A stretch of DNA of 64,000 bases from Lama guanicoe. Lineage: Eukaryota. Location: positions 79,085-143,084 of the forward strand of contig MU054096.1 of assembly GCA_013239625.1 (NCBI GenBank). The letters run 5' to 3'. Shown piece by piece: positions 1 through 13,828 of the stretch; positions within the stretch are counted from its first letter, which is position 1; each line of letters opens with the position of its first letter. Position numbers and translations under genes: made by a program. The notes beneath the pieces are model-generated. The model searched no databases, had not been told where the DNA came from, and saw only the letters and a list, made by a program, of their open reading frames with translations.

Positions 1-2895
1 AGCTGCATGATCGTGAAAGTTACTTAATCTCCCTGCACAACGGGTTCTACATCATTACAATAGAAATAATAACAGTAGTATGTAGTTTTAGAGTTATTAT
101 GAAAACTAAGTGACTTGGAATTTATAAAGCACTTGCTATGTGCCAGGCATACTTCTAAGTGCTTTAAATTCTTTTAATCCTCAAAATCATTCCCATGGCA
201 CAGATGAATCCACTAAGTAAATGAAATCTGTCCTTCCAAATGACACGATGAGATGGGATCACCCAAATGATGCTGGGCATGAGGTCGCAGCAGTGAGCCG
301 ACCGTCCTGTGCGACACGGGACACAGAGGGACGCAGCACACAGGAGGCGGGTGGTCCAGGCCCACGGGCTTTCAAAGCCCCTTGCCACCACAACTCCCAG
401 AATCCTGCCTGCGAGAGAGAAGGCAGGCAGCACGCAGAGAACGAGCCTCCTCCTCCTCCTCAAAAGCCATCCCACCACTGTCCGTGCCACTCGTCCAGGA
501 CTCACAACTGTCACCTGCCACACCCCACTTCCTACACCCAGCCCCTCAGAACACAGCTACAGTGCCTCCTGCTTTTTCTTTCCACAGCATCTACCAAAAC
601 TTCTTTTATTTCAAGGCAACTAATGGGCTTGTAATGAATTATTTTCTTTCTTTCATTTCTTTTTTTTCCTAATTACAAACCAATTTCTCAGTTCCCTATG
701 GCTTTAAGTGCAGGAAAAAAAAACTGAATTCCTGCTCAAGGCAAATTACTTCAAGGTTCATGAAAGCAAAACTTCTGATGAAGCCTCCAACCAGCTTTGT
801 ACTTTTCCTTTGCTTCAACAACCCTGGGCAATCCTTTTGCTCGAAGTATTTGGTTTGCCGGGACTGTGATGGAGGGGCCCCTCCCCCTCAGCGTGTCTCT
901 GGCCCAACTTCTGTCGGGACAGAACTGTCCTGCAGAACAGCAGGCCCTACGGTGGTGAAGCAAGGTCCGCAGAGACACGCGGGGAAGACAGGACAAGAGG
1001 AGGCAGTGAGGGGAGGGCCTGGCTCCAGAGAGATTCGGATGAAGCACACCCAGCTCTTTGCAATTCTCTGCCCAAACCCACGAGGTTCACTTCCGCTGCA
1101 ACCGCTTAACCGGCCATCTTGGCTTATTATCAAAGGACAGGCCAGGTCTTGTGAGAACAGAAACTCAGGTGAGTGGGCCTTAATCCCAGGTTTCCTTTTT
1201 CAAACGGACTGCAAAAAATCTGCGAGCCTAATGTGCAGCCAACTGGCATTTTCTGATGGGCATTTCCTCTGGACTCTGACTTTGCTTTGTTTCCAAGCCT
1301 TGCTTTTCTTTTATAATAATCTGAACACTTTATGTATCTTTATGTTCTTTCTGGAGCAATCAAGATACAAATAAATTCTTGATTTATTCACTATAATATC
1401 TTACTTCTACAAATATCTCCACATTACTTTACAGAAAAAAAGAATAGGGTGTTCAGAGGAACATTTATTAAATTATTTAAAATTGCAAATGCATGGAAGT
1501 TTTATAAACAGAATTAAGAATGAATTTTGTGACCCTCGGGATCTTTATATAAATAAGCTGTTTGTTATTTTCATTTTTTCTCAGAACTATCTACTTTCTG
1601 AATAATTCAAGCATTACAAACACGCATTTTTGAATGCTGAAATACTTTACAAAAAGACACACTGTGTGAACTTGTCAGACAACAGACTGCAAATTCTAAA
1701 ATTGGTTAAAGGGAGGAAACTCTTAAATTCACTTTCATGAAGCCGGCCGGGTGTTAACAAGGGAGTGGCATTGAAAGGAGGCACAACAGATCCACTGAGT
1801 GTGGGCTTCAAAGCTGCACAAACAGAGCCAAAACTCATCACACATGTCTCTTCAACCCTGGCCAGAGGGTTATATGTGCCCACGAGGTCACTGAATTTTT
1901 AAGTTACAATTCAATTTGGCAAAAACTGACCAAGAACTCACCGAATACAGGATACAGTGAACCAGAGGCTAAAGTCAAAATTGCTAGCATTGGGAAACAT
2001 ATCATCTTGTCAGGAAATGAGACATGTAGACATATGTTTCAAGGCAAGGAAGAAAATGATGCTACAATGTTGAAAGAAGGTACTTTGGCAAGAGAGGGAT
2101 CCTTTCTAGAATGGAAGAGAAAGGAAAGCTTTTTTGCGGAGGTCTGGTCATTAGATCTTGGTCTTGGAAATAGTTAAGATTTGATAGGAAAGAAACTTGG
2201 GAGAAGGTCAAATTTGAAAAAAAAACAAAAAGTTGGAATATCTGACATCCTGGTTATATCTTGGGATGCACAGTGAGAAGGAATGGGAACCACAACCAAA
2301 ACTATGCTGAGTCAGCCTGCTTCCCTCACTAAGAAAGAATGGACTGACGTAACGATCAGCGCACTGTGGGCCAGGAAGACAGTGTAGACAGACCAAGAGT
2401 AGTGATGCTGAAATGAGCAGGTGAGGAGAAAAGAGTTCCTGGGGTGGGGACGGGGTTGCAGCCTTAAGAACGGAGAAGCAAGAGGAGAAAAAAATATTTT
2501 CAGGCTGTGCTTACTTCAAATCAAAGCTCATCCAACTATTTTTTGAACTGTAATTTCACTTCCCAAGTCATTTAAAAGGTATCTCAGTGGTCAGAGGCAG
2601 ACACTGCGAAGACAGAGTATTTGGGTTAGAGCCGTATTCTACCATTAACCGACTGTATCAGCCTGGGAAAGTCACTTAACTTCTCGGTGCCTCAATTTCC
2701 TAATATGAGGGAACTGCGGGGCTCTGGTCATGAAGCAGGGTAACGCAGGGGAAGCACGGGGCACACAGCACGCGCCCCTGGGTAGGAACTGTCATGTTTG
2801 ACCTTAATATGCCGTCAAATCCTTAGACAATTATTCTCCACTACAAACAAATACACAAAAAAAGCTGTAGGTGGAGATCAAGAGAGCAGAGTAGG

Positions 2896-3359
2896 CAGCC
2901 ATAAAAAATGATAAAATAATGCCATTTGCAGCAACACGGATGGCCCTGGAGATTGTCATTCTAAGTGAAGTGAGCCAGAAAGAGAAAGACAAATACCATA
3001 TATCACTTAAATGTGGAATCTAAAAAAAAAAGACAAATGAACTTATTTACAAAACAGAAACAGACTCACAGACATAGAAAGCAAACTTGTGGCTACCAGG
3101 AGGGAAAGGAAGTGGGAAGGGATAGCCTGGGAATTCAAGATTTACACACACTGACTAATATATATAAAATAGATACACAAGTTTGTACTGTAGAACACAG
3201 GGAACTATATTCAATATCTTGTAATAGCTTATGGTGGAAAAAATATGAAAACGAATATATGTATATGCAAGTATGACTGAAGCATGGTGCTGTACACCAA
3301 AACCGACACAACATTGTAAACTGACTGACTATACCTCAATAAAAAAATAATTTTAAAAA
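2896..3359 (+). mobile_element. Younger 5'-truncated L1 3' fragment nested in the 5' end of the older L1
   Basis: L1 ORF2 end/3'UTR plus A tail; TSD aagagagcagagtagg (2880-2895) / aagacagcagagtagg (3360-3375). Confidence 0.88.
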
Positions 3360-6300
3360 AAGACAGCAGAGTAGGAGGCGCAGAGCTCACCTTCCCCCAA
3401 GAACACATCAAAAATACATGTACATGTGGAGAAATTCTCACTGAAAACAACCTGGAGGACGGCAGGAAGCCCCTCCTACAATCAGGTGTAAAGAAAGGGC
3501 CACAGGGGTCAGGCAGGAAGGAGGAGTGACGGGCCGACCTGTGCCCCTAGGAGGGGACACACACAGGAGGGGATGTCACAGGCTCGGAGATCCTCCCGGG
3601 GATCTCCTGGTTTGAGCCCCAGCCCTGGGGTCCAAAACCGGGAAGATGAGTCCCTCAGTGTAACCATGGATAACCAAATGATGGATAACAGGAAATGACA
3701 GGGAAAATACCAAAAGCGCAGATACATGAACAATTGAGATTTGACAGTAAGTGCCAACACAATTATGGAATTCAGGTGTGTTTCACAGTTTATCATTTTT
3801 ACTACGGAATCAGGGCCTATGATTCATTCTGAGGCAATCTTTGTGTTTGTGTTTGTGAAAAAGATGAAAATTCATCTTTCTGATGTGGATATTAAAGTAC
3901 TTCAGCATTAAAAAAAAAAATAGTGGGACTTACAGGAGGACTGTAAGAAGGTAAGATTCCACTCACAAAGAGCACAACACGTGCTTGCTCCCACGAATGA
4001 GGCGGAGGAAGCAGACAGAAACTGCCCGGGCTCCGGCTGGTTTCCCGTGAACGCCCCAGCGCACAGCGGGGCCACCCCGAGCACTGCCCTGACCCCTGTC
4101 GCTCCAGCACGGCCTGCACTAGAGTGAAGGCCGCATAGTTGAGGAGGGTGCACACCTGGACACAAGGGGGACAGAGCCAGCCTGGACCCAGCACAGCATC
4201 CTCAGTGGGCAGCCTTTACTGGCTTCTGCAGAGGAGGTGGATCGGAAGCTGTCTCCAGCTCTGACTGGCTGCCAGGGCCAGCCCAGTGCATACTCGACCC
4301 AAAGAGGGTGCCCACTCTGGCTCCACCTGCTCCAGTGAGGCTCCCCTCTGGGGCAGGGTGCAGATACTAGGAGGGGGAGGGTACACACTTAGACAGAACA
4401 GACCAGCTCACACCTGACCCTCCGGGCTTCTGCTCCAGCAACTTGGGCCCCAACTCCACCCCCTAAAAGAGTGGTGACAGCCATTAAGCACAGAAGAAGC
4501 CCAGCTCACACATGGCTCTGGCTCTAGCCTCTCCATCTCCAGCCCCACCTCCCCGCAAGGTGATGGCTGTCAGCACACCCTATGGGAAGACGTGACCTGT
4601 GCAGATCTAGCTCTCCCACCAAAGCCACTGGGCACGTGCGGCCTGCACAGGGACACTCCCACACAAGGACACCCCTTCAAGACCAGATTCAGTAACTGTT
4701 TCACCTAATTTCACAGAGACAGAGACAGTTAACCAAAATTGAGGACACAAAGGATTTGCTCCAAACAAAAGAACAAGAAAAAAATCAAAAAAAAAACTAA
4801 CAAAACAAATAATAATTTACCAGATAAACATTTCAAGGCATTATTAATAAGAATGCTAACTGAACTTGGGAAAAGAATAGATGAAACAGTGACAATTCTA
4901 ACAAGAAACTGGGAAACATAAAACAACCAATCAGAACTGAAGAGAACAGTAACTGAAATGAAGAACACAAAGCAGGGAATAAACAGCACACAATACACAA
5001 GAATGCATAAGTGATCTGGAAAATAATGGAAATCACTGAAACAGAACAGCAAATAGAAAAACAAACTTTAAACATGACAACAGTACAAGGTATCTCTAGG
5101 ACAACATCAAGCATATTAACATCTGGATAACAGGGATCCCAGAAGGAGGAGAGAGAGAGAGAACGAGGTTGAAAATGTACTTGATGATGTTATGGCTGAA
5201 AACTTTCTGAACCTGAAGAAGGAGTCAGACATCCAGGTACAGGAAGCACAGAGGGTCCCAAACAAGATGATCCCAAAGAGACCCACACCAAGACATATAA
5301 TTAAAACAGCAAAAGTGCAAGAGAAAGAATTCTAAAGGCAGCAAGCAAAAAAACACAGTCACATACAAGGGAACCCCCATAAGGCTATCAGCTAATTCTT
5401 CTGATGGAACCCTGCAAGCCAGAAGGAATGGCATGACATATTTAAAGAAAGGAAGAGGTAAAAATCTAAAACCTAGGATACTCTACCCAGCAAGTTTATC
5501 ATTCACAACTGAAGGAGAGAGAAAGAGCTTCTCAGACAGCAAAAACTAAAAGAGTGCATCGGTACTAAAACATGAAGTATCAAAGGATCTTCTTTAAGTG
5601 GAAATGAAGAGCCTACAACAAGAAGAATTTCTAGGAGAGAAAAAAATCCCACTAGTAAAGGCAAATACATAGCACAGACTGTGGACCAACCCCTTAAACG
5701 AGCTAGTATGAAGATTTTAAAAAAGAATAATTATAAAATGAACTACAATGATAACAAACAGTTAAGGGATAAACATGAACCATCAAAAAAGACATAATGG
5801 GGGGAGGGGAGTAAAAAACTGTAGATCTTTAGAATGTGTTTAAACTTAAAAAATTATCAGTTTAAAACAAGTAGATTTATAAACCCCATGGCAACCACAA
5901 ATCAAAAATCTACAATAGAGATATAAAAACAAGAAGAAAGGAACACAAGCCTACCGCTAAACAAAATCATCAAACAACAAGGAAAGAAACAAAAAGAAGA
6001 AGAGAACAAAGAACAACTACAAAAACCACCTGAAAACCATTAACAAAATGGCAATAAGTACATGCCTATGAACAATCACTTTTTTAAAAGTCAGTGGACT
6101 AAGTGCCCCAATCAAAAGACATACGTTGGCTGACAGGATAAAAAAAAAAAAAAACAAGCCCTATCTATACGCTGCTTATAAGAGATGCACTCCAGAGCTA
6201 AAGACACATACAGACTGAAAGTGAAGGGATGAAAAAAAATTTCTGCAAATGGAAATGACAAGAAAGCTGTGGTAGCAATATTCATATCAGACAGAGTGGA

Positions 6301-9300
6301 CTCTAAAACAAAGTTTATTTAAAAAAAAAAGACAAAGGAGGGCATTATATAATGATAAAAGAATCAATACAAGAAGCAGATAAAAATTTGTTAACATATA
6401 CGCATCTATTACAGGAGCACTTAAACATATAAAGCAAATACTAACAGACATAAAGGGAGAAATTAACAGTTACAGTGGGGACTTCAACACCTCACTTACG
6501 TCAATGGACAGATCGTCCAGACAGAAAATCAGTAAGAAAACACTGGCCTTAAATGACACATCAGACCAGATACCTACAGGGCATTCCATCTAAAATGGCA
6601 GATACACATCATTTTCAAGGGCACATGAAATGTCCTCCAGGATAGATCACATGCTAGGCCACAAAACAAGTCTCAACAAATTTAAGAGACTAGAAATTAT
6701 ATCAAGCATTTTTTTCCAAACACAATGATATGAAACTAGAAATCAATTACAGGAAGAAAAATGGAAAACACAAACACATGGAGACTAAGCAACATGTTAC
6801 TAAAAAAAAAGAGTTACCGAAAAAAATCAAAGAGAAAATCAGAAAATACCTCAAGACAAATGAAAATAAAAACACAATCTGCCAAAGTCTACAGGACATA
6901 GGAAACGCAGTTTGAAGACGGAAGTTTATAGTGATACAGGCCTACTTTAAGAAACAAAAAACTCAAACAACTTAATCAACCTTTAGCTAGGCTTATTAAG
7001 AAAAATGAGAGAGGACCCAAATAAAGAAAATACAAAATGAAAGAGCAGAAGTAACAATCATTATCAAAGAGATACAGAAAATCCTAAGAGAATACTAAGT
7101 TATACGCCAAGAAATTGGAAAACCTGGAAGCAACGGATAAATTTCTAGAAACATATGACCTTCCAAGACTGAATGAGAAAGAAATAGCCAATCTGAACAT
7201 ACTGATCACTAACAATGAAATTGAATTAGTAATTTAAAAAACTCCCAGCTAACGAAAATCCAGGACCAAATGGGTTCACAGGGGAATTCTACCAAACATA
7301 TAGGGAAAAGCTAATGTCTATTCTCCTCAGTCTCCTCCCAAAGACTGAAGAGAAAGGACACTCCCAAATTCATTCTATAAGACCACCATTATGCTGATAC
7401 CAAAATCAGACAAAGACGCTACAAAAAAAAAAAAGAAAATTATAGGCCAATATCTCTGGTGAATATAGATTCAAAAATCTCAACAAAATAGTAGTAAACC
7501 AAATTCAATATATTACAATGGCCATACATTATGATCAAGTTGGATTTATTTCAGGGTCACAAGGATGGTACAATATCCACAAGTCAACCAATGTGATACA
7601 CCTCATTAACAAAAGGAAGGATAAAAATCACATGATTATCTCCATAGACTCAAAAAAGCACTTGACAAAATTCAACATCTATTCACGATAAAAACCCTCA
7701 TCAAAGTTGGTAGGGAACATATCTCAACATGATAAAGGTTATATATGACAAATCCACACCTAACATCATACTCCAGTGGTGAAAAGCTGAAAGCTCTAAA
7801 ATCAGGAACAAGACAAGGATGCCCACTCTCTTCACTTCTGTTTGACATAGTATTAGAATTCCTAGCCACAGCAATCAGACAAGAAAAAGCAATAAAAGGC
7901 ATCCAAATTCAAAGGGAAGAAGAAAAACTATCACTTTCTGCAGATGACAAGATAGTATATTAATAAAATCCTAAAGTTGCCACCAGAAAATTATTAGAAC
8001 TAATATATGAATTCAATAAAGTTGCAAGATACAAGACTAATACACAAAAATCTGTTGCTTTTCTATACAAGAAGAAGGAACTATCAGAAAGAGAAAGCAA
8101 AAAAAAAAAATCCCAATTACAACAGCATCAAAAAGAATAAATACCTAATAATAAACAACTGAGGTGAAAACCTATACTCTGAAAACTATAAGGCATTGAG
8201 GAAGGAAACTGAAGATGACACAAACAAATGAAAACATATCCTGTGTTCGTGACTGGAAGAATTAGTATTAAAATGTCCATAATACTCAATCTACAGATTT
8301 AATGGAAGGCCTATCAAAATTTCCATGATATCTTCCATAGAATCAGAAAAATAATCCTAAAATTTGTATGGAACCACAAAAGATTCCAAAGAGCCAAAGC
8401 AATCTTGAAGAAAAAGAACCAAGTTGGAGGCATCATGCTTCCTGATTTGAGACTATACTACAAAGCTACAAGTATTCAAAACAGCATGGTACTAGCACCA
8501 AAAAAGACACACAGATCAATGGGCTAGAACAGAGAGCCCTCCAAAAAACCTACATACTTATGGGCATTAATCTATGACAAAGGAGGTGAGAATATACAAT
8601 GGGGAAAAGACAGTCTCTCCAATAAGTGGTGCTGAGAAAACTAAACAGGTACATGTAAAATAATGAAATTAGAAGATTTTCTCACACCATATACAAAAAT
8701 AAACTCAAAATGAGTCGAAGACCTAAATATAAGACCAGAAACCATAAAACTCCTAGAAGAAAACATTCTGACATAAATTGCAGCAATATTTTCTTGGATC
8801 TGTCTCCCAAAGCATAGGAAACAAAAGAAAAAATAAACAAATGGGGCCTAACTAAACTTAAAAGCATTTGCACAGCAAAGGAAACCATCAACATAACAAA
8901 AAGACAACCTACTGAGTGGGAGAATATATTCTCAAATGATTTGACCAATAAGGGATTAATATCCAAAATATATAATCAGCTCATAAACTCAGTATCAAAA
9001 AAAACAACCTGATTAAAAAATGGGCAGACAATCTGAATAGACATTTTTCTAAAGAAGACATACAGATCTCCAACAGGCACATGAAAAGATGCTCAACCTC
9101 ACTAATAATCAGGGAAATGCAAACCAAAACTACAATGAGATGTATCACCTCCTATCTGTCAGAACGGTCATCATCAAAAAGACAACAAATAACAAACGTT
9201 GGCAAGGATGTGGAGAAAAGGGAATGATGTTGGTGCAAATTTTAACTGGTGTAGCCTATGTGGAAAATAGCATGGAGGTTCTCCAAAAAACTAAAAACAG

Positions 9301-9457
9301 AACCACCATAGGATCTAGAAATTCCACACCTGAGTCTATATCCAAAGAAAACAAAACACTAATATGAAAAGTTACATGAACTCTAATGTTCATAGCAGTA
9401 TTATTTACAATAGCCAAGATATGGAAGTAACCTAGGGGTCCATTAACAGATTAATGT

Positions 9458-9458
<1 letters not shown>

Positions 9459-9508
<50 letters not shown>
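9459..9508. repeat. Compound (TA)n(CA)n(TA)n microsatellite inside the L1
   Basis: Directly visible. Confidence 0.95.
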
Positions 9509-11059
9509 CCCACATACACACAATAAAATTTACTTAGACATAAAAGAGAATAAAACTTTACTACTTGCAACAACACAGATGAACCTAGAGAATATTATGC
9601 TTAGTGAAATAAGTCAGACAGAGAAAGACAAATCCTGTATCTTATTCACTGTACATGTGGAATCTAAAAAATAGACAAACAAATGAATATAACAAAACAG
9701 AAACAGACTCACAGATACAGAGAACAAACTGATGGTTACCAGTGGGGAGAAGGAAGAGGGTAGGGATGATTTACAGGTAGGGAATTAAGGGTACAAACTA
9801 CTACGTATGAATTAAATAAGCTACAAGGATATATTGTACAGCACCGAAAATACAGCCAATATTTTAAAATAACTGTAAATGGAGTATAATCTTAAAAAAG
9901 ATTGAATGACTATATTGTACAATTGAAACTAACAGAATACTGTAGCATAAAATAACTATAGTTCAATAAAAAAATTTTTTTTAATACTGTATTTCTCTGG
10001 TAAGTTCAGTGGATATAACAAAAGGCAGCAAGGCTGTATTACCACATGAGCTCATCAACAAATTTACTTTAAGTAGATTCTAGAGCCAGGCTTCCAGGGT
10101 TCAAATCCCACCCCTGCCATTTACTAACAGACCACACTAAGTAATTGTCTGTTGTTTTGATTATTATTAGCAGTTCTGTGTTATTCCGCAAACTTCCATG
10201 GATGGCCTCCCTTGACTCTCCAAAGTCTTACAGAAGCTAAGCCAAAAAGAAACGATTATAGAGATAAATTCAAGCAGCAGTACCACTCTACCTCTATTTT
10301 AAAAAAAATAACAATGCTATTACATAAATAGCCCAAACTCACTCTTCTCCTATTTCTAGTGAGATATAATTTGCAGCAAGTATCAGGAGTGGTGCTGTAG
10401 CAATTGGGATCTCCTCACAGATCCCAGGAACCACCAAATAAAGGAGTTACCCCTTCTCCCCTCATCAGGAGGAATGGGTGGGTTTGGGACTTCAGCGTTC
10501 TGGTAGTCGCAGGTCAGAAAATAATCTGGGTTGTAGTAAGTTTTGTTTCAAGGTTTCTGAGATTCCTTTATACAGTTCAAGATTCTAAAACTGGGATTGA
10601 ATATCAGACCTTAGTCTCAGGTATAGTGAAATATCCTCTAGCAAAACGATATAGTTTCAGCATATTTATAGTAAACTCCTCACACTGAGTGTCACTAACT
10701 CAGACCATGCCACACCCAGAGGGCAGCCAGCCAATGCGGAACGCTGTTAGGACCATCTGTCGCCACCAGCCTTAAAAATAAATAAATTAGAATCCTTAGC
10801 AACAATCGTCACTGAAATCAGTGATCGGGAAGGAACTGTCACCCACACTAAGGCACGTTAACATATGTCCATATATTGCTTTTTTATTTCCTGACAGTCC
10901 TGCAGTCATTCTGTGTTTAATTCCCTTCTTCTCTAGTCTGTTTTCTAAATAGACACTCAGCTTGGTTTTCATAAAGTATAACCCCACCTGAGAGGGTGTT
11001 AAAGGGGAGTGACTGAAAAAAGACCAGAATAAGAGTTATGTCAACCATTTCGGATTCTT

Positions 11060-11870
11060 TGAGGTTTCCTACTTACACTCCCACCAGCGGTATGTGAGAC
11101 TTTCAGCTGGCACACACACTCACACACATGAACACATACACACACTCTGTGGGTTACTTTTTCACTCTCTTAATGGTTATCTTTTGATAAGCAGAAATTC
11201 TTAATTCAAAATCATTCCAATTTTCGCCCCTGCTTGGTTTGCTTTTTGTATTCTGGGGTCTGGTTTAGGAAATCTTTGCCTGTTTCGAAATGACCGTGTT
11301 TTCGTACATTATCTTCTCAATTCTTTTTATTTGAAACTATTACATTAAGATCCGTAATCCAACTGGAATTAATTTTCTATATATGACATGAGGAAGAGGT
11401 CAGCTTGTGGTTTTCCGTATGGTTATTCCATTGACCCAGTGTTACTTGTTGAAGAAGAGTACTTTTCTCACCACTGCAAAATATCATTTTTGCCATAAAG
11501 CCGTCCTTGCACACGCATGGGTCTGTTTCCTTGGCTCTCTAATCCGTCACATTGGTCTGTTTTGTTAGTTCTTGCACAAATAACATTATTTACTTATTTA
11601 CTATATTCATTTATTAACTTACTATAGCTTTATAATCACTCTTGACATCTGGTAGTCTAAATTTCTTAATAAAGGGCATTTATGGAAAACCTACAGTTAG
11701 CAGAACATTTTTGCAGATAAACTATAAATTACAGGTGCATACCATAATCCCTAGATTAAACACTAAAAGTAGCACAAAGAAGGGCAAAATAGTCTTTTCA
11801 ACCAATGGTGCTGGAAGAAAATGTATATCCATACGGAAAAATAATGAATCTCAACCCTTATCTCAGTCCG
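11060..11870. mobile_element. Old L1 fragments (minus ~11060-11650, plus ~11760-11870)
   Basis: Recognisable but highly diverged L1 ORF2 3' sequence in both orientations. Confidence 0.6.
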
Positions 11871-12372
11871 TAAACCAAGTGGTTACACTAAAGTCCATGG
11901 GCAAAATACGGCCTCCGCCTGTTATTATAGGGCTCAGAAATTAATAATAGCTTTTACATTTTTAAGTGGTTAAAAATGAGCAGCATGAGAGGTAGGAAGG
12001 GAAAAGGAGGGAAATGTGAACATGTTTGGGAGAAATCAAATTCCCCAAAGCTCTGCGGAGTCAAACATCCGGCAAGCAACAGGAGAGTACGCTGCTTCCA
12101 CACTGAAGAGCTTTGCTAATTTAGGACACGTGGTGCCGAGCATAGACTAAAGCAGGGCCCAGGCCTGAGAGGAAAAGAATGGAAAGGCTGTGGATGCAGA
12201 CTTTGGGGAGAATATGAACCAGCTATGAGAGAAACGGCTGGATGAAGAAAGACAAAACTTGTGAAAGGACAAAGAAAAACAGGCATGTGGTTCATAAAGA
12301 TGCTAAATGGGTCCCTCTGAAAACATATGATTTCTCTGTTGGTAAAGCAAGCACATTCTTTGAAAACACTAC

Positions 12373-12433
12373 CTGTTGTTTGCTTGATTGAACGTTCAAA
12401 AGGCACCGAAGTCTTTTTAGATCTGAATAGTCC
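12373..12433 (-). CDS. NEK10: NEK10 second coding exon: (R)DYSDLKRLRCLLNVQSSKQQ
   Basis: 61 nt, ctcctag acceptor, gtagtg donor; matches recalled NEK10 residues. The next exon was not found in the window. Confidence 0.93.
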
Positions 12434-12693
12434 CTAGGAGAGAGAATAACAGAACGTCAACCAACAGAAGACTCCGGGTGAACTAGTCATGTTACACACA
12501 GTAGCCCTGCCACTCGGAGTATCCACGCTAAACATTTCCTTAGAATTCTAAAAATGATCAAACATTTTAGAACCCAAACGTAACCCAGGGTGGTAGCTGT
12601 CAAAGGTCTATTCTATTTCTCAAAAAGCCATTAGATCTAGGTTGCTGGCCACTGCCCAAATTAATACCTAGCAAAGACTCAGTATGGAGTTAC

Positions 12694-12764
12694 CTGGTGG
12701 TGATTCCTTGTTTCTTATCGGCTGATTTCTCTGTGTTCTTCACTTTTTTGTCTTGATCAGGCAT
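12694..12764 (-). CDS. NEK10: NEK10 first coding exon: MPDQDKKVKNTEKSADKKQGITT(R); exon starts at 12801 with 37 nt of 5'UTR
   Basis: ATG at 12764-12762; matches recalled NEK10 N-terminus MPDQDKKVKTTEKSTDKQQEIT; acceptor AG at 12803-12802; donor gtaact. Confidence 0.93.
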
Positions 12765-13451
12765 TGTAAACCATCAATGCCCCAGAATTAGCATCGCATT
12801 CCTTTCAAAGTAAACTAGAAGGAAAAACTTCAGTTGGGTTGTGCACTCCAAAATATTCTCAATTAATGCAGGCAAAATTGACTTATGACACTTACTTAAA
12901 TATGCATGAACAATTATCTCTAAAACAATAAAAATATGAAGAACATTTACTATTCACCATTCAAAGGCCTTTGGATACACTTGGGGCATAGTTTATAATT
13001 ACAGTAGTGCATGAGCCTGTATTTTCTGAGTCATTCTTGGTTTCAAATATTCTAACCCATTGTCCCAACAAGTATTGGTCTGCTCATCAGGAAAAGTGCC
13101 TCTATATGGGGTTTCCAAAATATAAGCCTATGAGCAAATACTTGAAGCTCAACGGATGCTTTTATGCCGTCTCGCTTGTCTTTCTTGACAAGTTTCCATA
13201 ACAGAACGCTGCTAGCTCAGCAAGTTCCTCTCTCATCAGGCCTCCTGCCCCTAAAAATCCCAGAGAAAGCTCCACCCACTTGCAAATAAGCATTACAGTG
13301 TCAAGGGCAACCCACAAAATGTCCTTGGGTTTCCAGAATTCCTAACGCTTTCGAGCTGCCACCTGAATCCCCACGTGGGTCATCTCTGGTCATAACCTCT
13401 TCTGCAGGAATTGGGTCAGTCCCGCACAGCCCCTGAACTCACTCAACCACC

Positions 13452-13828
13452 TGTTAAAAACAAGACAACAGGCTCAAAATGGAGTCGCTTATGCTAATCC
13501 CTGGGTCATCAAACTTAATTTCATCACAGTTTCAGCTCTGCCAGAAATGGAAACTTAAACTAGCCAATCAGGAATCGCCTGATCAGCATTAGTTAGGTAA
13601 GCTGCCCGATAAAGCCGTGCCCTCCTCTTTAGGAAAAGTAACCTAGCAACAAACAATCTGCCTTTTCACTAGTGTCACTGCCTCCCTCCTGCTCCCTTCT
13701 GCCTGTAAGCCTTTCATCTTGTCCAGTTCCTCGGGACTTCTTTTTATCTACTGGATTGAGCGTTGCCCAGTTCATGAGTTGCTGATAACATCTTTAAAAT
13801 GTACTAAGTTGAATTTTGTTTTTTAACA
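13452..13828 (+). mobile_element. Solo LTR (ERV-like)
   Basis: TG...CA termini with a 9-bp terminal inverted repeat (tgttaaaaa/tttttaaca), aaaatggagtc motif near the 5' end, CCAAT box; TSD not clean. Confidence 0.75.

Larger units (their letters stand above)
2870..9975 (+). mobile_element. Near full-length degenerate LINE-1 (cetartiodactyl-type), antisense to NEK10
   Basis: GC-rich 5'UTR (~2870-4700), ORF1 relic (~4740-5600), ORF2 relic from ~6048 including the RT peptide [18 protein letters not shown]..., 3'UTR and A tail at ~9965; many stops and frameshifts. Confidence 0.95.

Noticed and set aside
164..1374. Overlapping ORFs up to 204 aa at the window start
   Set aside because: No recognisable protein, no match to the expected NEK10 exon 4 (LPAINFDSAQ...); long frames are expected in GC-rich intronic DNA.
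4739..9367. L1 ORF fragments as functional CDS
   Set aside because: Many stops and frameshifts; the element is not coding-competent.
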